Part shown: in pieces, positions 60,120 through 64,000 of the stretch
Numbering within the stretch: position 1 is the stretch's first letter
Layout: each line of letters opens with the position of its first letter
DNA from: Heterodontus francisci
Lineage: Eukaryota
DNA length: 64,000 bases
Reading direction: 5' to 3'
Assembly: GCF_036365525.1 (NCBI RefSeq)
Contig: NC_090404.1
Coordinates: 13,420,550 to 13,484,549 of the forward strand
Notes under the pieces: model-generated
What the model was told of the DNA's origin: nothing
What the model saw: the letters and a program-made list of their open reading frames with translations, nothing else
The model's database searches: none
Translations under genes and position numbers: made by a program

Positions 60120-62995
60120 GAAGGCGAGCATCAACTAGGTTTAGAATGCAGAATGTCAAGAAGACAAGGTTAAGGGCACTCTACCTGAATGCACGCAGCA
60201 TTCACAACAAGGTAGATGATTTAAAGGCCCAAATAGAGATAAATGTGTATGATCTAATTGCCATAACGGAAAGGTAGCTACAGGGTGACCAAGACTGGGG
60301 ACTGAATATTCAAGGATATTCGACATTTAGGAAGGACAGGCAGAAAGGAAAAGGGGGCGGTGTTGCGTTGATAATAATGGACGGCATCAGTACATTAGTA
60401 AGGGAGGATCTCAGATCGGAAGAACAAAATGTAGAATCTGTTTGGGTGGAGCTAAGAAACAGCAAGGGGCAGCAAACATTGGTAAGAGTTATTTATAGGC
60501 CAACAAACAGCAGTGGTAGTGTGGGGCATGGCATTAATGAGGAGATTAGAGAAGCATGTGGCATGGGTAATACAGTAATCATGGGTGACTTCACTCTGAA
60601 TGTAGACTGGGCAAACCTAATGAGCACGAATGCTGTGGAGGACGAGTTTCTGGAGTGTGTTAGGGATGGTTTTCTAGAGCAGTATGTTGAGGAACCAACT
60701 AGAGAACAGGCTATTTTAGATCTAGTATTAAGTATTGAGAAAGGGCTAATTAATAATCTTGTTGTAAAAGAACCTTTAGGGATGAATGACCATAATATGA
60801 TAGAATTTTACATTATGTTTCAAAGTGAGGTGGTTCAATCTGAAGCCAGGGTGTTAAATTTAAACAAAGGAAATTATGAAAGTACGAGGGGCAAATTGGC
60901 TGAGGTGGATTGGGAAAATACTTTAAAAGGTATGACAGTATATAGGCAATGGATAGTCTTTAAAGAAATATACACAGTTTACAGAAACTATACATTCCTT
61001 CAAGGCATAAAAATCCCAAAAGTAAACCGTGGATAACAAAGGAAGTTAAGGATTGTATGAGATTAAAAGAAAAGGCCTATAAAGTTGCCAGACATAGTGG
61101 TAAACATGAGGATTGGGTGGATTTTAGAATACAGCAAAGGAGGACCAAGAAACTGATAAAGAAAGGGAGAATAGAATATGAATGTAAGCTAGCAAAAATA
61201 TAAAAACGGACTGTAAATGTTTCTACAGGTACGTAAAAAGGAAACATTTGGCTAAGACAAATATGTGTCCATTACAAGCAGAGTCAGGAGAATTTATAAT
61301 GGGGAATAGAGAAATGGCAGAGAAGCTAAATGATTACTTTGTATCTGTCTTCACTGAGGAAGATACAAGAAATCTCCCAGAATTAGAGATCCATGGGATT
61401 GGGGGGAATGGGGAATTGTAGGAAATTAGTATTAGTAAGACGGTTGTATTGGATAAAGTAATGGGCATGAAGGTTGATAACTCCCAGGAGCTGATATTCT
61501 ACATCCAAGAGTGTTGCAAGAGGTAGCTATGGAGATAGTGGATGCATTGGTGATCATCTTCCAAAATTCTATAGATTCTGGAGCGGTTCCTGCAGATTGG
61601 AAGGTCGCAAATGTCACCCCACTATTTAAAAAGGGAGAGAGAGAGAGAAAACAGGGAATTACAGACCTGTTAGCCTTACATCAGTCATTGGGAAAATGCT
61701 AGAATCTATTCTAAAGGATGTGATAAATGGACACTTTGATAATAATTATCTGATTGGGCACAGTCAACATGGATTTATGAATGGGAAATCATGTTTGACG
61801 AACCTGATGGAGTCTTTTGAGGATGTTACTAACAGAATTGATAAAGGGGAGTCAGTGGACATGGTCTACTTGGATTTTCAGAAGGCTTTTGATAAAACCC
61901 CCCACAGGAGATTGTTTAGCAAAATTAAAGCACCTGGGATAGCGGCTAATAGACTAGCATGGATTAAGGATTGGTTAACAGGCAGAAAGCAGAGTAGGAA
62001 TAAACGGGTCATTCTCACGTTGGCAGGCTGTGACTAATGGGGTACCGCAAGGATCAGTGCTTGGGCCCCAGCTGTTCACAATGATTTGGATGTGGGGACC
62101 AAATGTAATATTTCCAAGTTCACAGATGACAGAAAACTAGGTGGGAATGTGTGTTGTGAGGAAGATGCAAAGCGGTTTCAAGGGGATTTGGATAGACTTA
62201 GTGAGTGGGCAAGAACATGGCAGATGGAATGTAATGTAGAAAAATGTGAGGTTTTCCATTTTGGTAGGGGGAATAGATGTGCAAAGTATTTCTTCAATGG
62301 TAAGAGATTAGAAAGTGTAGATGTACAAAGGGACCTGGGTGTCCTTGTCAATAAGTCACTGAAAGCTAACATGCAGGTGCAGCAAGCAATTAGGAAGGCT
62401 AATGGTATATTAGCCTTTATCGCAAGAGGATTTGAGTACAGGACTAGTGAAGTCTTGCTTCAATTGTATATAACCTTGTTTAGACCGCACCTGGGGTACT
62501 GTGTGCAGTTTTGGTCCCATTATCTTCGGAAGGATATTATTGCCATAGAGAGATTGGGGAAACTGGGCCTGTATTTTCTAGGGTTTCGAAGACTGAGAGG
62601 TGATCTCATTGAAACCTACAAAATACTTAAAGGGATAGACAGGGTAGATGCAGGTAAGATGTTTCCTCTGGTTGGGGAGTCCAGAACCAGAGGACACAAT
62701 TTCAAAATAAGGCAGAAGACACGTAGGACAGAGCTGAGGAGAACTTTCTTTACTCAGAGGGTTGTGAATCTTTGGAATTCTCTATCCCAGAGGGCTATGG
62801 AAGCTTAGTCATTGAGTATGTTTAAAGCAGAAATTGACAGATTTCTAAATACAAATGACATAAGGGGATATGGGGATGGTGTGGGAAAAAGGCATTGAAG
62901 TGGATGATCAGCCATGATCATATTGAATGGTGAAGCAGGTTTGATGGGCTGAATGGCCTACTCCTGCTCCTATGTTCCTGTTCATATGTTCCTAT
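60120..62995 (+). mobile_element. CR1 LINE ORF2 (APE and RT), decayed
   Basis: LYLNARSI; ESVWVEL; MGDF; [14 protein letters not shown]; DFQKAFD; RPHLGYCVQFWS; (ATGTTCCT)n-type tail. Confidence 0.9.
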
Positions 62996-64000
62996 GTATG
63001 ACTTTAAATTACACAAGACTAATACCACATGAAACCCAATCTCAGATTTTACTGCATCAGTCCCTATCACTGTTATACTGCAACAGAGCCTGTCTCTGAT
63101 TATATTACATTAGTCCCTGTCTCAGTTCTTTCAGCACGAGGTCCTAACTCAGCTGTTGCTACACAGGACGATGTCTCTGTTTATAGTAAATTTGGCAAAG
63201 TCTCTGTTTTGCTGCTCCTCACCGTGTGTCTGTTTATACTACACAAAACCCAGTCTCAATTAATGCTGGCCTAGTCAATGTCTCCGTTTATATTACACTG
63301 GACCATGTCCCTGTTATTACTCCACTGGAATATGTATCTGTTCGTATTAAACTAAGCCCTCTCTCTTCATTAATATTGTGTTTATATTACACTCGGAACA
63401 CTCTCTCTGTTTATATTACAATGGAAAATGTCTCGGTTTACATTACACTAGACCCCATCTCTGTTAATATCAATGAAGACCCGGACTCTGTTCATATTGC
63501 ACCAGACACCATCTTTGTTTATATTACATGTACCCTGTCTCTGTTTATGTTACACTTGACCACATCTCTGTTTATATTACCCTAGGCCCTGTCTCTGCTT
63601 ACAATAAACTAGACCCCATCTCTGTTTATATTACATCAGACCCTGTCTCTGTTTATATTACACCAGACCCTGTCTCTGTTGATATTACATCAGACCCTGT
63701 CTCTGTTTACATTACACCAGGCCCTGTCTCTGTTTATATTAATCCAGACCCTGTCTCTGTTTATATTACACCAGACCCTGTCTCTGTTTATATTACACCA
63801 GGCCCTGTCTCTGTTTATATTAATCCAGACCCTGTCTCTGTTTACATTACACCAGGCCCTGTCTCTGTTTATATTACACCAGGCCCTGTCTCTGTTTATA
63901 TTACACCAGACCCTGTCTCTGTTTATATTACACCAGGCCCTGTCTCTGTTTATATTAATCCAGACCCTGTCTCTGTTTACATTACACCAGGCCCTGTCTC

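Larger units (their letters stand above)
56940..64000 (+). repeat. 27-bp minisatellite array (ccctgtctctgtttatattacaccaga), interrupted by mobile elements
   Basis: Near-perfect copies at 63600-64000; degenerate copies at 56940-57520, 59340-60110 and 63000-63600; gives 9-aa VSVYITLDP periodic ORFs. Confidence 0.9.

Noticed and set aside
59142-60173. ORFs with VSVYITLDP repeats
   Set aside because: Translation of the 27-bp minisatellite

Overview
Vertebrate genomic DNA from a cartilaginous fish. The IgM protein closely resembles horn shark (Heterodontus) IgM as I recall it. The window has five parts. (1) 1.9-5.4 kb: four T-cell-receptor-type V segments with 23-bp-spacer RSSs in mixed orientation, one intact TRAV/TRDV-like and three pseudogenes. 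(2) 8.9-10.8 kb: a decayed, apparently non-rearranging V-set/C1-set Ig-superfamily gene. (3) 11-25 kb: a nested transposon stack (Gmr1-type Gypsy, CR1, L2-like). (4) 26.3-47.5 kb, minus strand: a complete shark IgM heavy-chain cluster (L-VH-D1-D2-JH-Cmu1-4/secretory tail-TM1-TM2). Its VH carries a nonsense codon, and a young CR1 LINE sits inside the D2 3' RSS nonamer, where the LINE tail rebuilds a nonamer-like sequence at the correct 12-bp spacing. (5) After a 130-N gap at 49.1 kb: mostly LINEs, SINEs and a 27-bp minisatellite. Repeat boundaries are approximate and were read by eye.
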